A program made the translations under genes and the position numbers. The notes below the pieces were generated by a model that did no database searches, was not told the origin of the DNA, and worked only from the letters and a program-made list of their open reading frames with translations. From Paramicrosporidium saccamoebae KSL3 (Eukaryota > Fungi > Cryptomycota): DNA of 32,000 bases. Shown in pieces: positions 13,301-27,056 of this stretch (its first letter is position 1; each line of letters begins with the position of its first letter). The stretch spans positions 19,370-51,369 of the forward strand of contig MTSL01000208.1 of assembly GCA_002794465.1 (NCBI GenBank), read 5' to 3'.

Positions 13301-13420
13301 ATTGATGAAATCCCAATCCAGACTCGGCGTACTGATGAAATTTTAATCTAGACTCGGCGTACTGATGAAATTCCAATCTAGACTCGGTGTACTGATGAAA
13401 TTCCAATCTAGATTCAGTGT
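13301..13420. repeat. 30-bp x4 tandem minisatellite
   Basis: Consensus ACTGATGAAATTCCAATCTAGACTCGGTGT, four head-to-tail copies with 1-4 substitutions. Confidence 0.95.
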
Positions 13421-13483
13421 ATTACATCTCCCCCTCCCCCCACTCATACACACGCACAAATGACAGTTGATATAATGTATTTG

Positions 13484-14885
13484 TTAGTACTTTGACTGCA
13501 AAGATACTAGATAGCGACGATTAAATGGATGGCTTTCCATTCTCAGATCTGCCTTTTTCTCTGGCCGACTCTCAATGGACACGTAACTGCGAGTCGCGGC
13601 ACCAGTGTAGATCTGTCGTGGCCGCCAAATCTTTGGGGCCTCTTCTTGCATTGCTTCACGCCAATGCGCAAGCCACCCCACTACCCGGGGGATTGCAAAT
13701 AGGACGGGAAAAAAGTCGGTTGGAAATCCCATAGCTACACGATTACAAATGCACAAGATGGATACCGCGGTAAATGAGACCCGAGTAGAAATCGACATTG
13801 GGATACAGCTTCCGCTTGATAAAGTAGTCGTCTTTGAGGGCAGCCTGCTCTAGGGCCACAGCAAGTTCAATTAGCGGCTCCTTCCCACAAACCTCAAACA
13901 CATCGTAGGCGACCTTGCGGATTATCTTGGCCCGTGGATCATAGCTACGATACACGCGATGTCCAAATCCAATCAGCTTTTTCTTCTTTTCCTTTACCTG
14001 TTGCAGGAACCCGGGCACATTCTTGGCAGATCCAATCTCTTGCAGCATATGAAGCACTGCCTCATTAGCGCCGCCATGCAGGGGGCCATACAATGCCGCA
14101 GCTGCGCCGGCAATGGCAGAATACGGGTCAACCCTTGAGCTGCCAATGTGCCGCATTGCAGCTGTGCTGCAGTTCATCTCGTGGTCTGCATGAAGAATGA
14201 ACATGACATCCAGCGCTTTGGACAATACTGGATGTGGCTTATAGTCACTCTCCGCCAGTCGATCCATCATGTACAGCAAATTCTCGGTATATCCCAAATG
14301 ATTCTGTGGCAAATTGTACGGACGGCCAATTCGATGTCGATACGCTGCTGCTGCTACGGTGGGAGCTTTGCCCAAGATCCGCACAATCTGCTTGTTCATC
14401 AGATCGGGGTTATTAATGAACAGGTCGGCACCCTTCAAAGCCGGATTGGCATTTGCATGAAAGGTAGACATTGCAGCCATAGCGCTGATAAACATTCCCA
14501 TAGGGTGGGCATCATAATTAAAAGTTTTCATCAGCTCAGTTAGCCGCGAATGGACAAATGTGTGCTGCATGACCTTTTTGCTCCATTCCTCCAGCTGCTC
14601 CTTTGTGGGCAATTCGCCATAAAGTAGCAGATAGGAGACTTCGAGAAAGGTAGACTTTTCAGCCAGCTCTTCAATGGGATATCCCCGATATTCCAGCACG
14701 CCGCGGTCTCCGTCAATATAACAAATCTGAGACCTGACCACGGCCGTGTTCTGGTAGCCCGAATCGAACACTCGCAATCCCTCTCCGTCTTTCTGGATCT
14801 TTCCAAACGCTGTAGCGGGCACTGAAGAGTCTTTGATGGGCACAGTGTAAGTTGCCTTTGTGCGACTATCCTCCACCCGTAACAT
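13484..14885 (-). CDS. Citrate synthase, bacterial-like/peroxisomal type (456 aa; intron 13735-13765)
   Basis: LEYRGYPIEEL, ILHADHEMNCST, GPLHGGANEAV, GFGHRVY, YPNVDFYSG. A 31-nt intron joins IYR to AMGFPTDFFPVLFAIPR. Confidence 0.95.
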
Positions 14886-15084
14886 TGTTTGGAGTCTAAT
14901 TAAAGAATATTGTCGATTATTATGAGATAGCTATAAGATGGTTATGCGGGGGCTATGATGAGATATTCATGTGGCTTATAGTAAATTTACTCTCTCAATC
15001 CCGCGCCATTATACACAGTTTAAACTAGCCCCTATTTGTTGACCCTCTGTTCTTTCATAATTTTGGCTCTTTGAAACTGCACTA

Positions 15085-18380
<3,296 letters not shown>

Positions 18381-18567
18381 TTGATTCAATAAACCATATA
18401 GCAGTATGAGTAATGGGGACAATGTACTGTGACTACACAGTGAATGATATGCAAATAAATATGTAGGGTACATGTGCTACAATGGCCAGTATATTAGATT
18501 ACACAACATTGCAATATATACTACATAGCCCGGCAATAATTCGACAATTTCCGTAATCAGCGCGACC

Positions 18568-19410
18568 ATGTCCTTTGTGAAGGGAGCCATCGACAACCTG
18601 CGATGCAACCAACCCGTCTCCAGTCAGCATTGGTTTGAACACTTTGTCAAATATTTTGTGGAACACGAGGATGAGGATGACCTGCTCTTTTTCGTGCAGG
18701 AAGACGGAATCCAGGTGAAACGACGGGTGGGGACGGAAATGCCGCAGATTGACGGTCCTATGCAGTGGGAGGAGACCTTTTATGTCAACCTTATTGCGCG
18801 ACTGCGCTGTGAAGTGCGGGTTACAGTGGTGCACAATACAAACGTTCAGCGTCAACGCAGTGGACGAGTGTTTGCAGAACCCACCAAAGGCGAAACATTA
18901 GCCTTTGCCAACTCTTTCCCGCACATTTACTTTTCCGTTGCTGACAGCGAAAAGGTGTTTAATGACATTGAACTCTCAGCCGGTGAAGCCTTATGTGTAG
19001 AGTTGCGAGCCTTACTTGACGACACTGCCGACGCATCAGACTCATCCAATGCATCGGAAAACAATCAATATGAGGCATGGAGGGAGGGTGAATCGACAGT
19101 GGTGCTGTTTCAGGGAGCAGCACCATATGAAGGATTGTATGGGGCACATGGGAAAAAGGTGGGAATGCGCTTGTCCACCCCGCAAAAGGTATTGATGCGG
19201 GGTCCACATGGGCGGGGATATGCCCAAGTCCTTCTGACGGACACTGAGGCGGCAACATTGGGCAGTCTTCGGGTGGGACTTCAACGGGCCCTCCATCCAA
19301 CATCGAGTCGTCTCCGTTGTTGTTTGGCCTTTGTCCATGTGCATTGGCGACTGATTGTGCTCGATCTGTTTCGCCATCGCCACTCTATCACGATAAACAC
19401 GCCGGGATAA
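18568..19410 (+). CDS. KIAA0930/DUF2045 family protein
   Basis: Motifs DDLLFFV, WEETFYVNLI, FPHIYFSV..SEKVF, GEALCVEL, LFQGAAPYE, MRGPHGRGYAQV and LRCCLAFVHVHW follow the KIAA0930 family pattern. Confidence 0.8.
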   Translation: MSFVKGAIDNLRCNQPVSSQHWFEHFVKYFVEHEDEDDLLFFVQEDGIQVKRRVGTEMPQIDGPMQWEETFYVNLIARLRCEVRVTVVHNTNVQRQRSGRVFAEPTKGETLAFANSFPHIYFSVADSEKVFNDIELSAGEALCVELRALLDDTADASDSSNASENNQYEAWREGESTVVLFQGAAPYEGLYGAHGKKVGMRLSTPQKVLMRGPHGRGYAQVLLTDTEAATLGSLRVGLQRALHPTSSRLRCCLAFVHVHWRLIVLDLFRHRHSITINTPG

Positions 19411-19450
19411 ATACCGTCCCGTCCGGTGGTTGTCGGCTGAATAGGACACA

Positions 19451-19825
19451 ATGGACGAAACTATCAAACGTCGTCGTCGTTTGCACCCCCACGAAACGGA
19501 CTTTTTGGTGCGCGTCTTTGAACAGTATCCACGTCCCACTGCACCTATGCGTGAGCTGATTGCCGTTCGTCTGGGAATGTCATCGCGTGGGGTTCAGATC
19601 TGGTTCCAGAACCGACGGGCCAAGGTCAAGCGCGATTTGGCCGAGTCGGGTCAGATGCTCATGTTCTCCCCCACTGTAGATCTATTTGCCTGGCCGTCCC
19701 CCCAAAGCGGGGCATCCATGAGTCCTCCTAGCGTGCCCAGTGTGGAGCAATTGGAAGACTTGTTACGTGAGACCCCCCTCGATGCCGTTGCTTCTGATTT
19801 TGATTTTTTAAATGCTTTTCAATAA
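19451..19825 (+). CDS. Small homeodomain transcription factor (124 aa)
   Basis: KRRRRLHPHETDFLVRVFEQYPRPTAPMRELIAVRLGMSSRGVQIWFQNRRAKVKR is a canonical homeodomain with WFQNRR. Confidence 0.92.
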   Translation: MDETIKRRRRLHPHETDFLVRVFEQYPRPTAPMRELIAVRLGMSSRGVQIWFQNRRAKVKRDLAESGQMLMFSPTVDLFAWPSPQSGASMSPPSVPSVEQLEDLLRETPLDAVASDFDFLNAFQ

Positions 19826-20021
19826 ACTGGCATTGGTCGAGGGAAATATTGTGTCGTGGGTCTCGCAAATCTGTTGGTAATATTGCGTCTGCAAACTGTC
19901 TATCCATTGCATTCAAGCATTCCTGTTAGTAGCGTGATATAGCGGACTGATTACCATACTTTTTGAGGATATGCCTAAAATGGGAGCGGCTTCAATCTTT
20001 CATTGGCTGCTCTAAAGTTTT

Positions 20022-20177
20022 CCTCGAATACCCACCACTCTATCATAAATGTTAGAGAGCTATCCTCAAATACCCAACACTCTACCATAAATATCAAAGA
20101 GCCGCCCTCACATACCCGCCACTCTATCATAAGTGTTAGAGAGCTACCCTCAAATGCACGCCACTCCATCATAAATG
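20022..20177. repeat. 42-bp x~3.7 minisatellite between convergent homeobox and GWT1 genes
   Basis: Units start at 20022, 20064, 20106 and 20148; consensus cctcaaatacccgccactctatcataaatgttagagagctac. Confidence 0.9.
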
Positions 20178-20183
20178 GACCGA

Positions 20184-21452
20184 TTATAGTTTAATGGATA
20201 CATCTAATCGGTGCAACATAGTGGACATGGTACACAGAATGGCCATATAGCCTATTAACACTGAAACGGTCGTCCAGTAGGATTGGAGGAGTGTGTACAT
20301 GGCCATGTTGACGGCTCCCGTCAGTAAATTGCCAGCCAGGAAGAAGACCAGCTGGTTGCGCGAAATACCTGACAACAATGATGGTACAGAGACTCGTTGG
20401 ACGAGCCATCGGTATGCGCATGTCTGCAGTGCCGTCATCAGTACAGCTCCCACCACAAACGGCAGATTTGCCAGCCGTCTTGAGGGCTGCATAATGTTCC
20501 CTGCCACACTGCCTCCATAAAGAATCCCCAACACTAAAAGTTTCCAAATCAGATTGCGGGGTGCAGTGAAAAAGTCTCGACCCAATCCAATACTCAGCAG
20601 CGTTAATGCCAAATAGCCTGGCCAACTAACCAGTCCCTCCTTGTTCATCTCCACTAATGTGGTGCGGGGCTCCGATGACAGTACAAATTGCTGCAGTCCT
20701 GCAGAAAGCGCCATCTGATGACCCACGGTGAGCAGTAAGCCGACTAAAAAGACTCGTCCAATAGGGACAATGCGGCCAACAATAGTAGTGCCTAATGGCA
20801 GCAGTCCCAGTGTGATGAAAAAGTTCCAATGTACTCCGTATTCGCTCACATGTTCCTACGGCGTCAGTGATCCCTCCGGTCATACGTGATAGTCCAGCGA
20901 CTTTACCAACAATACTCGGAGCAGTCCCAACACCAGCAGCGGCAGAGTACTGCGCATCGCCCGAAACACACTCCCCTCCCCCCATCGGTTTGCTGCTGTC
21001 AAACCCATTGACACCACTACACATCCCACTCCCACATCCATCAACGAAATTCCAAATGTCTCCGTTTTGGCAAAGCGTCTGGGAAAGGCTAAAAAATCTA
21101 CTGCCAAAATTCCCAATGTGCACATTGTCATAATCGCCGCCCTCGCTGCTGTTATGAAGGGCACCAACTTTTCCATACGGAGAGGACGAGATTGACCAAA
21201 AAATATGGCCGTCGCCACGGTCAGCGGATAGATAACCATCCACAAATGCGGTGACAGAAACAATAATATCTGTGGCACAATCAGCACAGCGAATTGCAAC
21301 ACCACACTCTCGCTTCTTGGCTCCACAACTCGTCCGTAAAAGAACACACCAAACAACATCCAGCTCACCACCACAAAAACTTCAAATTCTGTAGTTCCTC
21401 CATGTCCATGGAATGCAGCATGTTGCAAAAGACGGTATTCCTCCGCATCCAT
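20184..21452 (-). CDS. GWT1: GPI inositol acyltransferase GWT1/PIG-W (412 aa; intron 20856-20885)
   Basis: TLGILAVDFLAFPRRFAKTETFGISLMDVGVG; spliced SLDYH-EHVSEYGVHWNFF; PSRRLANLPFV; ISRNQLVFFLAGNLLTGAVN. Confidence 0.93.
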
Positions 21453-21562
21453 CAATGATTAATTGAATTAATCTTTATGATGGTCCTAGTAAAGACTCGT
21501 TATCCTCCCGATCTGTAAGAGATGATACGATATAATATTGACTTACTCTCACGACCAACATC

Positions 21563-21626
21563 CTCTCATAACCAATGTACTCTCATAACCAATGTACTCT
21601 CATAATCAATGTAATCTCATAACCAA
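21563..21626. repeat. 17-bp x~3.8 tandem repeat upstream of the family B gene at 21745
   Basis: CTCTCATAACCAATGTA units at 21563, 21580, 21597 and 21614. Confidence 0.9.
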
Positions 21627-21744
21627 GAGTCCCTTTATTCTTGGTCCGTTGGTGCGGTATACTCTCGCACACTAGTGATTGGACATTTACGACGAATGAC
21701 TGCGCCATTGAATTATCAATAACCCCGGTGCAATTTAACGAGTT

Positions 21745-23374
21745 ATGCAGGTCTCACTATTTGTCCTTGCATTTTCAGCCGTGTACTGTTCGCTCCCAAA
21801 GGATGTTGGAGAGTATTGTCAACAAATTGAAAGCTCAATCTCTCAGGTCACAGACTGCCTTCAGAGCGGCGATACCGACGCTGCCCGTACTGCCTTCAGC
21901 AGAGCTGTGAGCCTCAAGTCCAGAACCGACGATAACGTTTACTCTAGTACTGTGCATTACTGTTAACTGATTCGTAGACTGGGAGGAAGATTTTACCGAG
22001 TTTAGCGAGGCCGCCGAGATGTTTGAAGCTCGGCTTGCAGGGCTGCGGAGTAGACTCTCTGAAGAGTCAAGCCCAGGGGAGAAATCTCTGGAAAATGACG
22101 AGGATGAAGGAGAGTTTCTTGAAGAGGGTGGTTCAGGTGAAGACGGTGGTTCGGCCGAGTTTCTAATGGACGAAGAGGAAAACAAAGGAAAAGGAAAAGA
22201 AAAGGGACCAGAAGAGCCCGTGATCCATCCCCAATTTCAAAGCAGAATTGAGACTCTCTTTGCAGACATCCCTAACCGTGGGGTAAGAGGCAGTGCAAGC
22301 GACGTCTCCGATGGCACTGGAGCGCAAAGCAGTAGCAGCTCGTCAAACCTAACAGGAGTGACACCACGGTCCTCTCGGGGACCAGGTGATATGTACGATT
22401 TTTCCTCCTCGGGGGCTGCACGAGGACTCCAAGGAAATCGAGTTCACGAAGGAAGCCAGCGAAACGATAACCTACTCTATCTGGGTAACGCATTGAGAGG
22501 CGGCCGCTCTTTTGGAAAATCCAGCGACACCTCTGACGAACGGTTCTTTGGCATGAGTAGTAGCAATCGCGTACATCCCAACAGTTCATTCGGTGGAGAG
22601 GGCAACGATTCAGACGACCTTACGAGCGGTATGGAGGACGAATCGCAATTTTCCAATCTGCTAAAGAGAGGGAGAAATCTGTCAGATCGCAGCCCGTATA
22701 GTAACCCGTTTGACAGCGGCAGAAATCATCACGATAGCGGAGCTAATTACGATTTTTTTGATCACCAAATCGACTTTATCACTCCCGGAGAAGTCAATCG
22801 TCCTAGCGAAAGTAGCGCTGGCTTTGCCTTATCGGCTCATCCCAACCCACTCGTTCTTCGACGTGATGTTTCGACCCCAAATCACCATCAACCAGCCTTT
22901 GTAGTGCCTCTTGGGTATGAAAGTTTCTCACACTTGACTCCAGAGCAGCAGTACGAGCACATGATGCTCCTAGAAAGTATGGAGGAGCACAGTGTCGAAA
23001 CACCCCGAGATGACACTACAACCACAACCACTACTACTACCACCACAACAACAACTACTACTACTACCACTACCACACCCATTGCCGACTTGAGACGACC
23101 AGCAGCAAAATTGGAGATTCCCGAAAAGTTTTACGCACTGCCAAACTCCAGAACTGACGAATCACTTGCACAGATTTACGAGAAATTGCAGGCAATCGAA
23201 GCGCACTTTTTCAAAAATGGCTCCCAAAAAGAGGCCGTGTGCAAGAGTCATTTGCCGCTGTTTAGCGAGTTGACGATGAGCATCCGACAGCTCCAAGGCT
23301 CTCTGGAGATTTTCCGTCCGTTGGGGGAGCCTATCTGGCAGAGTACCAACCCAAGAATTCTTACTAATCTATAG
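21745..23374 (+). CDS. Secreted protein, family B member 1 (532 aa; intron 21947-21977)
   Basis: Signal MQVSLFVLAFSAVYC. A 31-nt GTACTG...CGTAG phase-1 intron joins ORF 21745 to ORF 22019 in frame. Acidic/Ser-Gly linker, poly-Thr tract and C-terminal TDESLAQIY domain. Confidence 0.75.
23015..23077 (+). repeat. (ACN)21 coding trinucleotide tract, poly-Thr
   Basis: 21 consecutive Thr codons using ACT, ACC and ACA. Confidence 0.95.
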
Positions 23375-23542
23375 TTATGCAAAGTTATCACAAAAAGATA
23401 CAGATGCTGATTAATGACTTTTGTGGTGAACACACGTTATTGCACTTTATACCTCCCAACAAGGAGATTCGCTATTTTCGTGGAGTGGTGCGCCAGGTCA
23501 CAGTAAGGTCAAAGACGAAAAAGTAACTAGCACGACAAAGGT

Positions 23543-23592
23543 ATAACCATACCCATAACCACAACCATAAACACAACCACAAACACAAACAC
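23543..23592. repeat. Degenerate hexamer microsatellite A[TC]A[AC][AC]C x8 just 3' of UFD2
   Basis: ataacc ataccc ataacc acaacc ataaac acaacc acaaac acaaac. Confidence 0.8.
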
Positions 23593-23597
23593 ATAAA

Positions 23598-26312
23598 TTA
23601 GTCTCTTTTTAAGAATTGGGCAATGCGATCTGCAAGTTCCTTCTCAGGCACCGTCTCTTCCAAAGTAAGCGGTTTTCGGTTAAAGGGATCTGTCGGATCA
23701 TTCAACAAATGAGCCACAATGGTACTACGATCAACCACCATATTACTCGTCGGCAGTCGAACCGGCTCCCGCATCACCGTAAACATGAGCGGATCCAGAA
23801 ACTCGTCCGGTACTTCCATCTCCTCTGCTTGTTCTGCAATCGCCGCCACCCGCGTCGCAATTCGCTCCAATCGCGCAATGTCACTGGGCGTGCGGATCGA
23901 ATGGCGTCGGAGGATGGCTGTTGCTCGTGAAAACGTCTCCACGCTAAAGGAACGCGTGTCGCGTGCCACTGCCTGCAGGAATGTCTCACGACGACTCATA
24001 TTCAGCAACGATCCCACCAGCAGACGGAGCACCACCCGGGGCTCCCAATGGTACTTTTCCGGTGTCTGCACCTTTAGGTTGGTGCATTTGGGCCCCACCA
24101 TTTGCAAAATATTATGACACAACATGGCAGCCAGACGATCCACCACTTCTGGTCGCACAAATGGATCCAAAATCTCACTCGTAAAATACTCTAACATGTC
24201 GAGGGTGGAGGTTGCAAGCTGCAGATACGATTCACATTGTCGTTCCAAGGTCCGCAGGCCATTCTCCACCTCTTGGCGCTCATTAGGCGGCCGATTCGAC
24301 CAGGTGGAAAGTTCATTTTGTTTCGAGTGAATATCGGCCAATTTGCTAATCGATTCATCAAGCAGAAAGGTCACATCGTTCACCAGCAAATTCACAAATC
24401 GGATAAAGAGTTCGTTATCTTGGGAGCAGGCAATGATACGGGATCGATGGGAGGGATGGCCCCAACACGTCTTGAAAATCTTGGATATGTTATAGCGAAT
24501 ATTAAACTTGTCATAGAAAGATGAAGACGCCCCAGTGCTCTCCACTTCAATGTAGAAACGCATCAGCTTGCCGGCCAGCTGATCTACCACCATGGGATAT
24601 AGATCAAAATAGTGCTCCAGACGGGGATCAGTAAATCCATACAAAAAGTCGACAAATTTGGACCGCAAGTATGGGTTCTTCACATATGTCGGTCGATCCA
24701 ATAGAGTAACCATAAATTTGAGCAAAATGTCCAGCTGCTTGTCCAGCCAGAATTGAGGATGGAATCGGGAAATGAACAATGAAAACTCTCCCACACTCTC
24801 CACCAGGAACTCGGGCAGCATTGCAAATTTGACCGGTGGGGTAGATGTCAGCTCATCAGGTAGCAAAGTCAACATCCATCGCACAATGAACGTGACAAAG
24901 GAGAATCCATTCTCCATGAGGGTGGGATCCAACAGATAGACGTCAAGAGCCAATTTGGAATCCTTCATCTTCTGAATCTGTGCTTTGGCATTTTTAATAG
25001 CAAGATTGTTCATTGGATTTGTGCTTCCTTCGGCTTGGGATCGCTCAAACGAATCAAGCGCCTGCTGGGCTTCGCGGAGATTACGCAGCAGATCCATATA
25101 TTCGTTCATCATCCGGATGGGTCCCAGACGGAAATATTGCACAGTCAGGAAGAAGCACTCAGTGACGAAATTTGGGGCATAATTCGTCGTGTCTGCTTGC
25201 TGGATATACTCCTTGTACTCGTCATTGGTAGCATGATTCTTGGTCGCCTCGCTCACATTGATCCGACTGGAACGACAGTAATAATCTCCATCAATCATAC
25301 TAATTTTGGGCGATGAGGGTGACAAGAAGGGCTCGCAGAACTTTAGTAGCACTGCGTAACAATTTGCCAGGACACGATCGGGAGTCACTGTCTTGGGATC
25401 GACGTGCATCTTTAGACGATCATTGTTACGAGCAGCCAGCCATCCAAGCCAATCCAGCACCGATTCCCTTTCACCGCTCTTGATGAGGGAATAGAGGAGC
25501 TGGTGTGTTTTGCCAAAGTGCAGGTTCAGGGCCGTGCGCATAGAATAAAACGCCGACTCAACCTGGGGCACATATAGGGTCTCCCGATTGGGAAGCAGCT
25601 CCAGGAGGGGCCCTAATTCAATTGGATCAACCCCCACTGACAGCACTCCTCCCAAAATCGTATAGCCGCCCAAGTTAAGAGCATCGCAGTTGGCCTTCCA
25701 AGAATCGCTTGCCACCAGCAGTTTCCTAACCTCGGCATGCTGCAACAGAATATAGAGTGCATCCATCCCGGAAATGAAGCGTCCAAGCAGTCCCTCCTTC
25801 TGCATGCTGGCAACTATCCCCAATAGCACTGGCTCGAACAAATCGGCCATTTGCTCCCCGTCGTCTGAAAATCGACCCACCAATTCGCCCAGTAGTTTTG
25901 GCGATAGCAACTCTCCAGACCTGTCAATGCCCGTCAGCATTGGCACAAGGATCCTGGCACCGTATTCCTCTGCCATCGCAGGCTGACTGAACATTGTCGG
26001 CATCGTCGATACCAGCCCCATATACGAAACCAGCAGATATTTGAGTTCCGTGGCCAGTCGGTCATTCTGGCCGCTGCGCTCAATGCGATTGAAGCAGCCT
26101 ATCAGATACTCTACTACTAATCCCTCCTTGGGGGTCCAGCTGCTGAGTTTATCCATTAGAATTTGTTCCAGCTCATTACTATGTTCATCAAGCCTCAATT
26201 TTGCAATGCGCTCCTCCAACCCCGCAGGAACATCCTATACTGTTAATCTTTGTCCTTGTCGTACACTGCTGAGCTGAAGAACTGCGTTCAGCCGGCCACT
26301 CGCTTCCACCAT
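23598..26312 (-). CDS. UFD2: U-box E4 ubiquitin-chain elongation factor UFD2 (894 aa; intron 26235-26264)
   Basis: Ufd2P core (FVTECFFLT, NPYLRSK, QFYDK-like SFYDKFNIRY, FVNLLVNDVTFLLDES) and C-terminal U-box PDEFLDPLMFTVMREPV...DPFNRKPL. Short exon 1 MVEASGRLNAVLQLSS is joined by a 30-nt stop-containing intron. Confidence 0.95.
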
Positions 26313-26340
26313 CTCAACGAATAATCATTAAATCTTACTT

Positions 26341-26856
26341 ATGCTCGACTACATTCATCATGCACTGTTGCACGCTGTTCGTCTCTACGACTCGCTTCAT
26401 CACTGGCTACTACGGCAACAGTTAACGGGAGAGCTGGTAAAGGGGAAGCGGCCGGGCCATATAGTGATAATGGGAGACTCTAAACCCACAAGCCGCCATG
26501 TACAGCTGCTAAATGGCGAATGTCGCAGGCTTAATGTCCCACTCGTAACTGTGTTGGATCGCAATGTTACTGTCAATAATGAACCTGGTCTGGACGGCTG
26601 CGTCCAAATAAAGGGCTACGATCAGCCATTGCTGCGACATTTACAAAGCTCGACTGGACAACTCACATCCCTACCCGGAACGCCCGTAGATCTCGTGATA
26701 TCGACACAGCAAACGCTCAATCTCGGCGGGGTGGACTGTACTCAGTTGGGCTTTGCAGAGCTGTGCCATGTGCCAGAACACGAATTCATCACGGCAAATA
26801 TTTTTAGATATGCCATCTCTCAATATTCCATTTGTCGACAGAACTGCGGAAAGTGA
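26341..26856 (+). CDS. NUS1: NUS1/NgBR-like cis-prenyltransferase subunit, reduced (171 aa)
   Basis: KRPGHIVI, ECRRLNVPLVTVLD, PVDLVIS...QLGFAELCHV and C-terminal QNCGK (cf. NxG/RxG-K tail of Nus1/NgBR). Confidence 0.65.
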   Translation: MLDYIHHALLHAVRLYDSLHHWLLRQQLTGELVKGKRPGHIVIMGDSKPTSRHVQLLNGECRRLNVPLVTVLDRNVTVNNEPGLDGCVQIKGYDQPLLRHLQSSTGQLTSLPGTPVDLVISTQQTLNLGGVDCTQLGFAELCHVPEHEFITANIFRYAISQYSICRQNCGK

Positions 26857-27056
26857 ACGTTTGTAAATATATTTTCTTGTTCCAAATATTGAGAGTTGTC
26901 TTATCTATCTCAGCTATATAGCATAATTCTAGCCGATGGATAATGAGTGTCTCCATCACTAAAGATTTTCACGATTCAGCGTCCACCTCAGAGTACGTGA
27001 TGTATAGGACTTGTATTGCTCTGGTGACTTGCCGGGGTATGTCTCCTTGGGCCACA

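Noticed and set aside
13301-13420. CTGATGA...GAAA in the 30-bp repeats as a hammerhead ribozyme core or box C/D snoRNA
   Set aside because: No stem II can form between CUGAUGA and the next GAAA (no G-C closing pair, mismatch at the second position), and there is no terminal stem or properly spaced D box.
13012-13420. CRISPR-like array
   Set aside because: Repeats are head-to-tail with no unique spacers, there are no cas genes, and the context is eukaryotic.
19975-20194. Repeat-containing small ORFs on both strands
   Set aside because: Openness is explained by the 42-bp (3n) minisatellite; no homology or signal.
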